Source: Dipteris shenzhenensis
Taxonomy: Eukaryota
Reading direction: 5' to 3' (one strand)
Assembly: GCA_047967505.1 (NCBI GenBank)
Contig: CM106538.1
DNA length: 64,000 bases
A model generated the notes under the pieces. The model was not told the DNA's origin and did not search any database. It saw only the letters and a program-made list of their open reading frames with translations. The position numbers were made by a program, and so were the translations under genes. Positions 37,738-51,299 of the stretch are shown piece after piece (within the stretch, counting starts at the first letter, position 1; the number at the start of each line of letters is the position of its first letter).

Positions 37738-39047
37738 GTGGTGGGAGAAAGGTCACGAGGGTTGAGGTGACGATCGATGGTGGTGAAAGCTAGATGTTGT
37801 GCAGAATCAACTATCCAGAAAAGCCAACAAAGTACAGGAAATATTGGTGCTGATGTTTCTGGGAGATTGATGTTGAAGTGATGCAGCTCATTCAAGCCAA
37901 AGAATTGGTAGTGTGGGCTTGGAATGCGTCCATGAATACTCAGCCCACAGAATCTTACTTGGAACGTGATGGCCGTAAATTGCTTTTGCTCCATCAATCA
38001 TTTGCGGGCCTGTTCATCTAAAATCCGTCAGGAAAACTCTGAATCTAAGTGCTTTCTTCCTTTTTGATTGCAGGGTATGTTGAGTAACTTCTGGTTTTGG
38101 AATCCATGCAAACCTAAAGAAGGTGGCTGAGGCGTTGCATCCCACCCATCTTGGAAACCAAACAGGTGAATGGATGGCTTCTAGCAATGCGCTGAAATCC
38201 GTGCAGCAGCAAGACAATTTACCCAAGAGCCTTTCTCATCTCAGATTGGATCGAGGTGTCTGCCATATAACACAATATGAGCTTGGATTGTCATCCATAA
38301 CTGCTTTATGATTGCACAAAGTTCCTGCAGGATAATCCTGTTGGGATGAATCATAGTATTTTGATCAATGCCAGAACAGATTGCACTGATCAATGCCAGA
38401 ACAGATCGGAGAGCTTGCAATATTTGAAATTATGTTCGTAGAATCAACCTCGGATAACTCCCTGCACGGAGGAAGCCAACCTTTTGGGGTATTGCCCTCA
38501 ATCTGAAGTAGAAGTTTAAGTGCGAGTTGATTAGCAAACAGGTTCTAGCAACGACGACGTAAGGCTATTTTGATTCACCTTGCCCATCATGGACCATATA
38601 CTAGGTCTATCTGTGGGGAAGCACATATTTCTATCAACAACAATCGAAGGGAAGTTGTACATGCGAGCCTACACATCCAGTTGATGATGTAGGGTACTTT
38701 GAATTGTTGATCAAGCTCTACTTCAAAGGTGAGCACCCCAATTTCCCTATAGGAGTGGTGATCTCTCAATATCTGGACTCTCTAGCTATGGGGGGAACTT
38801 TGGAAGTGAAAGGACCGCTAGGGCACATTGAATACATAGGAAGAGGATAGGTTATAGTGGAAGGGAAGCCAGGGTACATGAAGAAATGTGCTATGTTGGC
38901 AAGACATGTATAACTCCCATATATCAACTGATAAGGGCAATTCTGAAGGATCCTGAAGACACAACAGAGATCTATCTTGTTTTTGCAAACATGAGGAGGA
39001 GGATATAATGATGCTGAAGCAGCACTCCAACTTCAAGATATGGTAGG
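37738..39047 (+). pseudogene. NIA: Nitrate reductase pseudogene: Mo-co dimerisation, cytochrome b5 and FAD/NAD(P)H domains, intron 37972-38073 retained
   Basis: GGRKVTRVEVTIDGGES*…EKPTKYRKYWC*CFW…[54 protein letters not shown]…RAYT…KGPLGHIEY…ITPIYQLIRAILKDPED; many stops, frameshifts and deletions. Confidence 0.92.
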
Positions 39048-39165
39048 GAGCCTCCTTACTGAAACAAAAAACTGAATTTACAGCACCTTACTGAAATGGA
39101 GTCTCCTTGCTGGAGGGATGCCTTCAATCAGTTTGTTCGAGCAGATCAAGAGGGTACCTCCTTTG

Positions 39166-39587
39166 GCTCTGATACCATGTTAGAGTTAAAGGGTCTACTA
39201 AACAGTAACCCTATGCAGCGGAATGTTTTTCAAACTCTCACTGATCTCACACAAAGTAGGTGCACACATGCTGAAACCTCACTCAGAGAAGTACAGCTGG
39301 AAAGAGAGGAAGAAGAACTCAAACCAGCCTGGTTGCCGCGTCCAATCTGTACCTACTGCTGTCCTACTGCCAGGCCTATAAATAGGCCTTGGAAGTGCTC
39401 TTATGGCCTATTACCATGCTGTCACACAGTCCTGATATGGTGCTCCATAGTGTTGCTGCTCAGTACAGTTCTGGATGCATCTCCAACCTTCTCTCCACTA
39501 CAAGTAAGCCTACCTACCCAGGATCACGAAGCTGTTCTCCACCTCATATGTGGGCTCACGGTTGGATTAGTGACCATTCCTCTAACA
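39166..39587 (-). mobile_element. 410-bp LTR (39178-39587) with adjacent PBS; internal region truncated
   Basis: Perfect 8-bp terminal inverted repeat TGTTAGAG…CTCTAACA; gctctgatacca (PBS reverse complement) at 39166-39177. Confidence 0.85.
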
Positions 39588-39599
39588 GTCTCACACACA

Positions 39600-40340
39600 A
39601 ATGTTAATAAAGTTAATTTGGATATTCAAGGATATAAAAATACTCTTAAATTTCAAATTATGCATCTTGACAGGACTGATGCCACTATCCTCAACTAACA
39701 GTGATGCCATGTGGCCTCAATTCCTCCCCCCGTCTCAAAACAAAGCCGATGTGCTCGATCTGAAGGAAGCTCCGGAGGACTCTGACTTGGACTTGGAGTT
39801 CGTCCCTAGTTTGTAGCTGGAGGACCTCTCCTCTCGACGTGCTCGGATGTGATGCTATCTTTCCCGCCTTGTGGCAAGAGAGTGTCGACCGCTCATATCC
39901 CCGTGCCCTTACCAAAGCATGCAAATTGCCTGCCGACCCCACTTTTGGACATCACCAACACGACTGCAGCTTCGCAACGCCTTGCCAATTGCCATGTTGT
40001 GGAAGAACCTAGGGAGAAACATAACGACGATGCTATGAAGGCTGTGAAGACTCCTGTGAAGGTCGATGCCGTGAAGACTCCTGCAAAGGTTGTGAGGCTT
40101 GATATGAAAGCACCTATGAAGAGAGCTTCAATTGGAACACGGAAAAAGGTCCTTATGGTGGTTCTGTTGCTTCTTATGGATTTATCTATGATGTTGTCTA
40201 TGTTGGTGATGTGGGTTTTGATGAACCAAGTAGTTTTGTGTAATGATGCGACCTCATTAGAAACTCTTGCCCCATTTAATGCAGGTTTATCAAGCCTCTG
40301 CAACCCTTGAATCTGTAGAACTATGTTGTCTCTGTGCCAA
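39600..40340. mobile_element. Retrotransposon debris (gypsy protease-like scrap on plus, probable copia post-integrase linker on minus)
   Basis: VNLDIQGYKNTLKFQIM resembles the gypsy protease C-terminus at 10783-11097; the remainder is low-complexity S/T-rich coding-like sequence. Confidence 0.4.
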
Positions 40341-42449
40341 CATGGACTTAGGTAATGGACTTAGGTAGCAAAGAATGTGTGTTTAGAGTAGAGGCAAAGC
40401 TCCGCTTGTACTTGCATAAGGCTAGGTTAGGAATCCTCAACATGCATGTTCTGCATGCTAGTCCTACATGCAACATGCAACTCCTACATGCAACTTGCAA
40501 CTCCTACATGTAGAGAGAGAATGTCTTACAATTCCTACATGCAGAGAGAGAAGCTCTCTAACTTGTATAAATACCCCATAATGGAATGAAGCCCAAACTC
40601 TTTCGGGCATTGTGTTGAGTTCTACTTTGGTAATTCAAGCAATTGTCTCCAAGTGTCCATGCTTCCTTGTACTCCACATCCAAAAGCATGTCCTAACCTT
40701 GCAACTCCTCCTCCCCTCTGCTCCAACCTTACAACCCATCCTCTCCCTCTCCTCCTCCTCCTCGTCCCTCTCCTCGTCCCTCCTCCTTTCTCTCCTTCCT
40801 CCCTCCTCCTCTCTCTCCTTCCTCCCCATGCTCTTACACCTTCCTCCTCTCCCACTCCTATGCGTGTCCTAAACCCTTAGTTGGTCAACCCTTGACCTCC
40901 ATGATATACGAGGGAGACGAGTTCTCCACCATGTACTCTACCCTAAACCTTGGATCCTCCTTCTAACCCTTGAACCTCTTCTAAACCCTAGAACCTCTCT
41001 CTGAACCTTGGAACCTCCTTCTAAACCCTGAACCTCCCTCTAACCCTTAAACTCCTCCTAAACCCTTCAACCCCCAATGAAGGCGAAAGCCTTCATGCCT
41101 TCATTACCCTAACCATGATGATGCACGTTCCTTTCACACATGCATGTACTATGTTTGCTTATCACACTTAAGCCTATGTCTCTCACTGTCGGAATACAAC
41201 CCAAGGTCCTTAGCTACACTTATACTACAAACAACAACACTAAAATATCTATAGGTGACAAAATGCCTTGGAACCTTGCATATACTGAGAATACCCTGCT
41301 CTTCCTACGAAAGTTGTGGGAAAGAGTCAACAAATTGCCTCCTAAAATCCCTTCCCCTTATTGCTCACCTGCTGTCGTTGCAACATGTCTATTGCATGTG
41401 AAAGATGATGTCTAGGTGTGGTCTAGCCTTTCAAGCTCTTATAATGGCCCTAGCTGCCAACTAAACTATGTAATCAGTTTGCAACTTTTTGCTGGCCTTG
41501 CCTATTCTAGGGCCGCGGCATTATTTTGACTATGAAGCACTTTATGATGTATGGTCTTTTTTTATGTTATAAATACATGACTTCAAATTGCAATTAATAT
41601 ATGCAAACCTTTCATGACTCAGCTTGTAGCATTGGGTTTATTTTTAATGAAATTGTCTCTTTTATAATTTTCTAAAAGTTGTTGTTATACAAAATGCTAT
41701 TGCTGGCAAATGCAAGTGTTGTGCTATTTCTACTCTAAGATCTCATGTTATTTTTGGTTTTTCTAGGGCAGCCAATAAATTTATGGTTATGTCAGGGTAG
41801 CCAATAATTTTTTGTTATTTCAGGCCAGCATAAAATTTAAGGGTTGTTTCTTGGCAGCCAGTGTTGTAGGATATTTAAAAATAAATAAAGGCAGCATTTT
41901 GCTAGTATAGTTTAGATAGCTCTATGAGATTTATTAACCCCCAATAATGTAATTAATTTTATTGTTGCATTCTCCCAAACTGATTGCAGGATGGGTTTTA
42001 TTACATCAATGAAATAATGTGATTTATTTTATTGTATGGGTTTTTCTATTACAGCAACATGATTGCTCTTTGGATGTTGAATATGAAGCAAGAGCTTCCA
42101 TTCTCTATTCTTCATTGTTGTTTTTCATTCTTCTTTTCATTGAGTTCTTTAAGTTGATATAGTGTCAATGATGTTGAATATGAAGCAGGAGCTTCCATTT
42201 TGTTCTTGTTTCCTCTGGCACTTTTTCATCTAGAGGACATTTGTAAATTTGAACTTGCACTTAAGACACTTGATGTCATCCAATTTACTCTTCTATATCA
42301 GAAGATGAATTGAATTGTTATTTTTTTTAAACAACCACAAATAATGCACCACATTAGCATGAATAATGAACCACTTGTATTTTGGAGGTTTGTGGCCGGG
42401 ACTTGTTTCTAGCTTGCTGCAAAGCAAGCAGGATTATTTGGGAACTAAA

Positions 42450-43560
42450 TTTTATTATACTAAGTGTGTTCTCTCCATAAATGAATGCCAAGTCCTCATT
42501 CTTAGGGGTTCCTTGTCTTTTTTCCTATCTTTGTGAAGCCAGGGGTGTGGGCTATCTTGTCTTGCAGTGTGGCCATTTCGTTTCAAGTCAATGCCATATG
42601 CTGATGTTACTCTTTGTGCTCTCAAAGGAACATCCACATGTATGGTTACTAGTGTATATAAGTTGGGCCTTTTGTCTAGGGTAAATGATATGATGCCACT
42701 TGTTCATGCTCTTTGTCATGCTAATGCAGTGCATTGTTTGTGGTTGTTTGAATGATGAGCCACTTGTTCATCCTGTGAGACGTGTTACTTAGGAGGTTAA
42801 CTTGACCTAGCAATCAAGCATACTTAAGAGCCATGAGAGTAACATATTGCAAGAGGATAATTTGACCTACGTAAGAACTTCATGTGAGCCACATTTAAAA
42901 ATGTAAAATGATTAAGGTCATGACCATAACAACATCTCATTAAAGAAATCCCTTGAGTCTAGATCTTATGCATTGATGAGGTTGTAAGCTATAAACAAGT
43001 GTGACAACATTTGTAGAGAGGCCCTTGTCTTATATTCAATCAAAACGGGTAAGTGCTTGAGCACCACAACAAAATTTGGCACATCCAAAAATGAACAATT
43101 GAAGTGGAAACATTTGAAGAAAATAACATGCCAAAGCCTACACAAAAATCTTCAAAGCCTACACAAAATGTTCATGCACATGCATGCTAAAATTTTTATT
43201 CTTCTAGTGTCCAATAGGTTTCCATAATAACCCTTATATGAAAGAAACCGTCAAAATTTTAGAAACCGAGTAGAATTGAGGTTGTGTGCCTATAAGGGCG
43301 TATGCCTTGGCTCATTTTTTAAACCAACTTGTAAATACTCTTTCTTTGTGGTGACATTGACATTAAGAGATTTCAAGAGAACATCCAATCTTTTATACTT
43401 GTAGCAAGGTAGTGGTTACTGAGGTAAAAGCCACATCGATATTTCTTTTGTGAAACTAATGTGACCAAGAGTGGCATTTCTTATGTAGTTGAGCTTTAGT
43501 GTCTAGTTTGTAAGTCAAGCCATCAAGGGTGATGCAATTCATTCCATAATGGTGAAAAAG
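42450..43560 (-). mobile_element. Possible highly decayed Mutator (MULE)/SWIM transposase remnant
   Basis: Weak motifs only (CITLDGLTYKL; HTCGCSF…ISIWH) in broken frames. Confidence 0.25.
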
Positions 43561-44379
43561 GTTGGGTGGGAACGAGTGGGAGTGTGACTCGGGTTGCCTA
43601 GCACAACTACTATATGTCCATGGAATAAATCATCAAAAGCTCTAAGTTCATCCAAGACATGTTGACCTCATGACTCCTTGGTGATCTCAAGATTAGGATC
43701 TCAGTGGCTCCATGTTCCATTGACTAACTCCGTCTTATGCATGACGAGATTTGCTTTATCTTCATGGTGACATGCTACCAAGTTTTGCTCGCAGGATGTT
43801 GTGAGTGTGTGTGAGAATGATGAGGTGATTGCTTTTAGAATAGTTTCCCTATGCTTGGTGCTTCTCGGGTGGTAGCCTCCAATGGGTTAGCAATTCAACA
43901 TGTTAAGAGGGACATTCTATATAGCAAGCAATCTCATATAGCAAGTTGAAAAATGAGTATGTCCCCCCACTCAAACTACTTTAAATCCCTTTAAATAAAT
44001 TCTTCAATAAGGATTGGCTTCTTTGGTTTTGTAGTGCGTTGTTCTAAAAACATACTAAAACGTGCAAACCTCACAACTATGGATTGAAATTGCAATCCTA
44101 TGGTTGGTGTGTTTCTTTTAACAAATCTCACTACATCCAAAACATTGATAGTGCGTTACATAACGTATAGAAGTACATGCAAGTTGTGGATCCATATATC
44201 TAACATAACCTAAAGAAATCAAGATTCATATATGCAACATAATATGTCTTAATTTAAACAAGGAGAGAAGATGAAGATTGATAAAAGTGGCATAAACCCA
44301 AAGCTAAAGACCATTATATAAAGATAGAGGAGAAAACATCCAAAATTGCAAGTCCATATCTCTTGCCTCATCATGGCCT

Positions 44380-45570
44380 AAACCATCCACATCCATGTCT
44401 TCTGTGGCTCCATATGGGAGACCCCTCTCCCTGCCTTCATTAGCATGCAGAGCATCCAAGTCCCCAATGAAGTTGTCTGTAAGGAGGTCTCATGTAATCT
44501 TCCCTATCAATGTACATGGGTATCTATCCTGGTGTCTACAAACACGCCTCTCACCATACATGAGAGAATCATCAATGGCAATGTATGTATCCTCACCAAG
44601 TATCATGTTGTGCATGATGCAACATGCAACTATATTGAGTGCCATGTACTTTGGCGTTGGATGGGAAATCTTCTTGAGGAGATATCACCACTTCATTTTG
44701 AGATGCCCAAAAGCTCGGTCAACCACAATATGCGAGGTGAAGATAACCAAAAATTGTAGTCCTTTTGGATGGCAACTGATAAGGCACCATAAGCCATGGT
44801 GGCTTGATGCCATATCCACCATCAGCAATGATGTACTCACGTATGCGAAACATGCCATCTATGAATTGCTTGCCACCAAGATATGCACCTCATTCCACAC
44901 AATGGAAGAAAGCAGAATTGCAAAGCATATTGTTGTCATTGGAGCTCCCTGGCCAACTTGCAAAGACATCAAGGAATTGCATGTCGGAGTCAATGACTGC
45001 TAGCAAGGACATGGAGATGTTCTTATCCTTGTTATATCAGTTAGCACTACACTCATCGGTGGGCACCTCCATCTCAATGTGGATCACGTCCATGGCGCCA
45101 CATTTTGGGAAGGCCACGTTGGCAAAAGAAGCCCCGCTTCATGTTGGCAAGTTCAGCTAGACTTCTTGGCCAATGCAAGAACTGGTCCTGATGGCTCAAG
45201 AGGTTTTTGATGAGCTTGTTGACAATCTTTGAGAAAGTGGACTTGTTGACCCCCCAAAGTGCTCGCTCATGTCAATGACTCTGCTACCACTAGCAAGACG
45301 CAAGGCAAAAATAGCCACTTACTTCTTGATGGGTAGGAGACATCCACTAGCAGTCATGAGAGATGAGGGGATGGGGCCTTATTGGAGTTCGGTGCCCAAC
45401 AAGGAATAGAGGTCCGTGAAAAGAGTAATAGGGAGATGAAAGACATCATGGAACCTAGCATTATCGGCATGCATAGCCATGACATATTGATTCCACCAAT
45501 ATAGTGATCGGGGTTTGACATAATATTCAGAGATAGTATGAATTGCACCAACTTGTGTGGCAAGGTCCAT
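44380..45570 (-). pseudogene. PIF/Harbinger (DDE_Tnp_4, HARBI1/ALP1-like) transposase pseudogene
   Basis: VAIFALRLASG, CGAMDVIHI, FLDVFASWPGSSND, YIIADGGY, VVDRAFGHLKMKW, IVACCIMHN across stops and frameshifts. Confidence 0.88.
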
Positions 45571-46670
45571 GAGGGTGGTCTTTAATCGTTAGTGGGTGAA
45601 GGCAAGAAGGAAGGGCATGTGAAAGAAGTTGGAGATAGAAAGAGCACCTTGCATAAGCAAGAAGGAAAATCGGGCAAGGAGTGAGCTCCTAGAGGTGACA
45701 AAAAAGGCCCTCACAACTTGGGTTGAAGGCATGGTGCCTTGGATGGAGAGAAAGAAAGCGAGTGAGGGGGTGGAGGGGAAGGAGGGAGTGAAGAGGGAGG
45801 AAGAGAGTGAGGGAGGGGAGTGGAAGGAGGAAGTGGAGAGGGAGGAAGAGAGTCAGGGAAGGAGGGCGTGAAGAGGAAAGGAGTGAGGGAGTGGAGAGGG
45901 AGGAGAGAGTGAGCGAGTAGAGTGGAAGGGGGGAGGGAAGAGGGAGGAAGAGAGCGAGGGAGTGGGGTGGAAGGAAGGAGTGTAGAGGAAAGAAGAGAGT
46001 GGGGGAGTGGGTAGAAGAAATGAACGAGTAGAGTAGAACGAAGGAGTGAGGGACGCAAGTGGAAGGAGGCCTTGGAGGAAGGGGAAGGAGCTGTTTACAA
46101 GTGGTGAGAGATGGAAGGAGGGGGTGGTAGAAGGTGTAGGTGGAATTATTCCATTTTCAAGGGCAAGAGAGTCCCTGTTTTTGAAAAATGGGGGGAGAAA
46201 CTAGTTCGTTTAAAAAAAAGGAGGGAAAATCAATGTGTAAAGCCGGTCACCAAAGTACAGTGCCGCCAAATCGACTTTTCACGTGTGAACAAAGTCAAGA
46301 CCCGCAACTCGCCTATTGGTCGCCAGGGGGTACAACACCAAGCCGCGCATATAAGTCGAGACCTGCAACTCGCCTATAGGTCACCAGGAGGTACAACACC
46401 AGGCCACACATAGGCTGCGCATCAGCAACCTATGCGTGTGCACTAACCCTTAGCACTACCTTGCAGGGGAGTGCTCTCCTTATACTTTTTTTCAAAAGTC
46501 TCCCTCCAGTTATTTCAGGCCAAGTTTCCTCACTCATCCAATACCCATTTGGGGTGCCTATGTTGCTTTTAAGTAGTGTGGTTGTTTAAAACCTCTTAAA
46601 ATACCAAGTATTTAAGAGGGACGTTAATTTTCAATAACGCTTACATAATCTACATTTTTTTGAGTAGGCT

Positions 46671-46710
<40 letters not shown>

Positions 46711-46949
46711 ACACACATATTGTTGACTTAGGATATTTCCATCAAAATTTGATGTTGTCTTTACTCGAAAGTCTTCTCATGGTGTCCAAATGCCTCATTC
46801 CTATCCCTATCCCTATCCCTATCCCTCTCCCTCTCCCTCCCCCTCATCCTCTCTTCCATACATGTATCTCCCTCAATTTCTCATTTCTCCTCATCTCCTC
46901 TAATCCCCTCTCCTAGTTTCCCTCATCCTCGTCTCCACTTTGTTTCCTA

Positions 46950-47500
46950 AGGGTTTGAGCCTTGCAAGCAACTACATTCATCACCTTGAGCTTAATAGAA
47001 CAACTTAAGAAGTATGGAAAAACCTAAATGATCTGTTTAGGTAATAACTCCAAAATCTTTCTCAAGTAGCAATTATAAGATGTCCATTAAAAAATCCTCC
47101 TTGAGGGACCATTACAATGCTTTAGGTATCCTTGAACAATAACTCACTACCTTAAAATCCCCATCCGAACATGATCATAAGAAAGTTATGCTTCTTAAAA
47201 GCCTTGAAAATCATGGGAACTACATAGAAACTCTTGGTGTTCTTTGCATTGCTTGTGAAATAAAATATGAGGGAATGATTGCTTGTGAAATAAAATATGA
47301 TGGATGATGATCACCGTCACAAGCAAATCACCACTCTAGAAGTAGAAGCAATGTACACAGAAGCAAGGGTAGCACCAATAAGAACCTTGCAAGATAGCAA
47401 AGTGTACATTTTGCAAGAAAACTAGACATAGTGCCAATTGATGCTTTTAACACCTCAAAAAGCTTGATGAAGAAGAAGCCAATCTCGTGGAGCTTGAGTT
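46950..47500 (+). mobile_element. Decayed copia gag remnant
   Basis: EVWKNLNDLF-like segment and zinc knuckle CTFCKKTRH..C. Confidence 0.5.
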
Positions 47501-50500
47501 AGTCCAAGAACATGACCAACTAACAATGCCTTCAATATCAGGGGAGATCTTTCGATTGGGGAAGATAGTCGTGTTTTGGGCTTTCTAGTACGTGCCTTCT
47601 TCTTTAATTCCCCCTTCTTAATTGGTCCGTCTTAATTGACACTCCTCCCTCCCCCTTTATCCCTTAATTTAATCATGCCCTTTCCCTCTTCCTTTTCACC
47701 CATCCTCTCTTCTCCACAACTAATTAATGGGAATTTCCCATTTTTCAATGTATGGGGGACATACATTGTATGGGTCCCCTTCCCTTGCATTAGCATAAAA
47801 TGAATGTTATTGTATGTATCCAAGACATTTTTGGGTTAACAAAAATCAACGTTACATTAAGTTAATCTTTTATAACATAAGAAATTAATTGGTTTTAATA
47901 AATCCATGAGATATTAATTGGCTTTAAGTTGGTTTCAAATTATTATATTAGTTAAGTTTGTATTACTAATTGGTTATAAGTTAAATCAGATTAGAATAAT
48001 TAGTAAGTTAGACTCACAAGTTAGTTTTATGTAGGTCTAGGTTACTTTATTAGATGAGATCGACATGTTGCTGGGAATGGATTAGTCTAGAGAATTTAAA
48101 AAGGGGTGCTCAACTATGTGTGAGATGTTTCAAGATGGCATTGCCATCTTCCCTTTCTTCAACAGCCAATTTATGTTCTTCAAGGACATTGAGTGAGTGG
48201 TCATGCAGAGCTATGAAACTCAAAGCAAAAGACCTAGAACTCAAACTATTCCTCCTTCTCCCACCTACCCTCTCCTCTTCTTCATCTGCCTCTTCCCTCC
48301 CTTATGCCCTACACTTCACCTGCCTCTCCCTTTTGCTCTTCAGCATGCCTCCTTAGCCTTGCTTTGACCCCCCTCCTCTTTGGCACATTCTAGCCCCTAT
48401 AGCCCAGCTCAGGGTTGTGGCTATTACCGGGGTCATCCGACAATGACTAGCCTGATTACTGGCCCACCATCCCAGGGCATGTACCAAGCCCCAAGTCAAC
48501 CAATACCAAAACTAATAATGCTGCCTCTAACCATCGTATAGTGCCCTAGCTAGACACCTAAACTGCAAAAAGCAAATTGAGAAAGGACTAATACACTACA
48601 CATTTTTCTGGTTTTTTTTTTTGAATACACTACACATCTCTCTAAGTGGACCCACCCATATAGTAGCCCTCACTCTCTAATTTATAGACAGAAGATGACT
48701 AACTCTAACATAATATAGGAGGGCACTAGCCCCCCCTTGGGCTTTGGTGGTGTGGCTAGGACCAGCAGCCTCCTGGTTTGCAATCCAAGTAGGCTGCCCA
48801 TCTATAGCTCAAGCTTCCCTCAAGTCTGGTGTGCACTCTCGTGCTACTGCATACATTAGAGCTGCCTCTAAGGGGCAAAGCCTTCATCAGAGAGGCTTGC
48901 CATTTTGTTGGCCTTCTCGATCATTAGTAGCCCCCCCTAAGGCATTGTCAAGGACAAAGACTCTCTCCACAAGTCTAGGACTTGAGAGGGCCTCCAAGCA
49001 ATTTTTTTTCAATTCACCGATGTCCTTCCTCCTTAGAGGTCCCTGACCTCCACTATTGGCATAGGTAGTCCTGTCTTTTTCTAGCCTCCTCACATTTCTT
49101 TCTTCCCCCTTCTTGTAGCATAGTTGGTGTGTTTATTCTTCTATAGAGTGGTGACCATTGATTTGGCTAAAGGGGCTCTCATGGAATCATCCTTAACTCC
49201 CCGAGCCATTAAGGTTATTCTTTCTTTAGAAGACAAACTCCAGGTGCAGAAAGTAGTTTAGTCTCTCTAGGACTAAGCAATAGTAGGCAAGATAGTTGGC
49301 CTCATGAGCCAAGCACGAGATTGGATCCAGGTGGGCTTATCATTGCATCAAGACCACATTCAAGAGGTCACTATCTATGGCAGCAGAGGGGTTTTCCTTC
49401 TCCACCTAAGCTCCCCAAATACCACCTGATCACTTGTGGAGTGGAGACCTCTTCTATTGGGACTGCATCTCTCATCCCTTGGTATCATGGGTTTGCTACA
49501 TATGACATGGGTTTGGCACATCATGTGGCTCACATTCTGGTGACCCTTCATTTCTTAGGGCTCTCCAAGGAGTTAGACCCATCCTTCACTCTATTGGTGG
49601 GGCCTTTGGCATAGTGGTGGAGTCACCACCTTGGATGGCAGTGTCAATGCTTATAAATGATGGCATTCCTAGACTCAGATTGATTGCAGAGTGTCAAGAG
49701 ACTCTTCTAGAGGAGATCTTCTTAAAGACTTTGGATGGTCGCGCGTTTAGACAATGTATTAATATTTTGGGGCTGCTAGGTTAGTGCCTTTGCTTTAGGC
49801 AGATAGGACACTTGGCTAGGGTTTGCAAGGGGGGCCAGGGTAGAAATCCCCCTCAGCCGCACTTGGAGAAGCGAGCTGCTTGCTCAGAGAGGGGAGCAGG
49901 GGGCAGGCTAGTGGATGGAGTCCCTAAACACTATGAGTAGAGCCTTCTAGAGGGGCTTGGACCGGAGTGGAGTGCAAAAATCCAAGCAAGAATGCCATGA
50001 AGAATCATAGAAGGTGTGCTAGATGATGTGAGTAGATGTCAATAGAGCTGGAGACACCCTTCCATTCTAAGGGAAGTAGGCAAAGCATGCCTCAATGGAC
50101 CGTTCGCATATGCTGAAGGATGAGACCTTCTTTGACATTTTGACATATCTACCAGTTGGAGGACTCAAGAGTAGATCCAGTAGTAGGATTAAGGAGTTCC
50201 TTAAGCCTCAGTGGTCGTTGATCCAGTGGCTCCCTCCCGCGCCTCCCTAGTGTGACTGCTAGTTCCCCCTGGTCCCCCCCACTTCCTCGCACCCTCCCCC
50301 TCCCCCTTTGTCTCCACCTATTCCTCCCCCGTTTCCCCTCTTGCCCCTTTAGCTATTGCCACCCTACCATTCGCCCCCCTCTCGTTGTCACCCCCCAGCC
50401 CCTGTTTTGTGGGCAGGGTTGGAGGCCTCTTCTTCCCTCCCCTTGATCTCAACCTGAAATCTTCAGGCAAGGGAGTGGTAGAGCCCCCCCCCTCTCAAGT

Positions 50501-51299
50501 AGCGGCCTCCTCAATGCAACCTTATTCTTCCTCCATCCTTTAGAACATTGGTTCTAATCAGAAGGCTTCCTCAGGAGGCCTCTTCTCTCATTGTCTAGGC
50601 CCAAAGCCCCACCCTAGGCAATCGTTGTCCAAGAACCTTTGGAGGATTAGACCATGGAACTATCTGGAGATACCTAATCCCTACCTAATCAATATCCACT
50701 TGCCCTAGAGATGACAATCATGATTTGCATCCACACAAAGGGGACTCAATTGGAGTGGTTAGCTCCTACACTTGCCCCTTTTGGGGTTTCAACTTCTCCT
50801 CCACTGGAAAGGAGAAGTGGACTTCATCTCTGTTTGATTGCATGATGAAGGACCAGATCTATCACATGATGGAGGAGTGTGTGGGACCTCAAGGAGTCAA
50901 CATTTAGCTCAAATGTGGTGATTTTGCTATTTTTCAGCTAGATTTCTCCAATGAGAGATCATTAGACATAGGTTTTACTATGGTCATTATTTGCATGAGA
51001 TCAAAGATTCAATATCACAGGTCACGTATTGGCCACCAGTGCACAACCAAGTTGGGGGTCGATGTTTCTTTTATGATGTAGTGGATCCCCAAGATTGTTT
51101 TAGAACTTGTTATGTCATTGGTACGGAGAGGCACAAATACGGATTACTCCCCTTCTAAAACCCCCTCAAAGTCCTAGAGGTCAGATGTGGTGGTGCATGC
51201 TCCCACTCATAAGAGAGCCTTTTTTCCTAGGCCTCTTTTCCATGAGCTGGACTCTAGCAAGTTGGAGGATGCATGGGCTCCATGAACATGCATGACAGT

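Noticed and set aside
39096-39698. 200-aa plus-strand ORF
   Set aside because: Runs across a PBS, an LTR and a gypsy scrap; chance open frame
44395-45003. 202-aa plus-strand ORF
   Set aside because: Antisense shadow of the Harbinger transposase pseudogene
46676-46830. (CT)n and (CCCTAT)n tracts as an interstitial telomere
   Set aside because: Only ~4 CCCTAT units and not the plant CCCTAAA repeat; ordinary microsatellites
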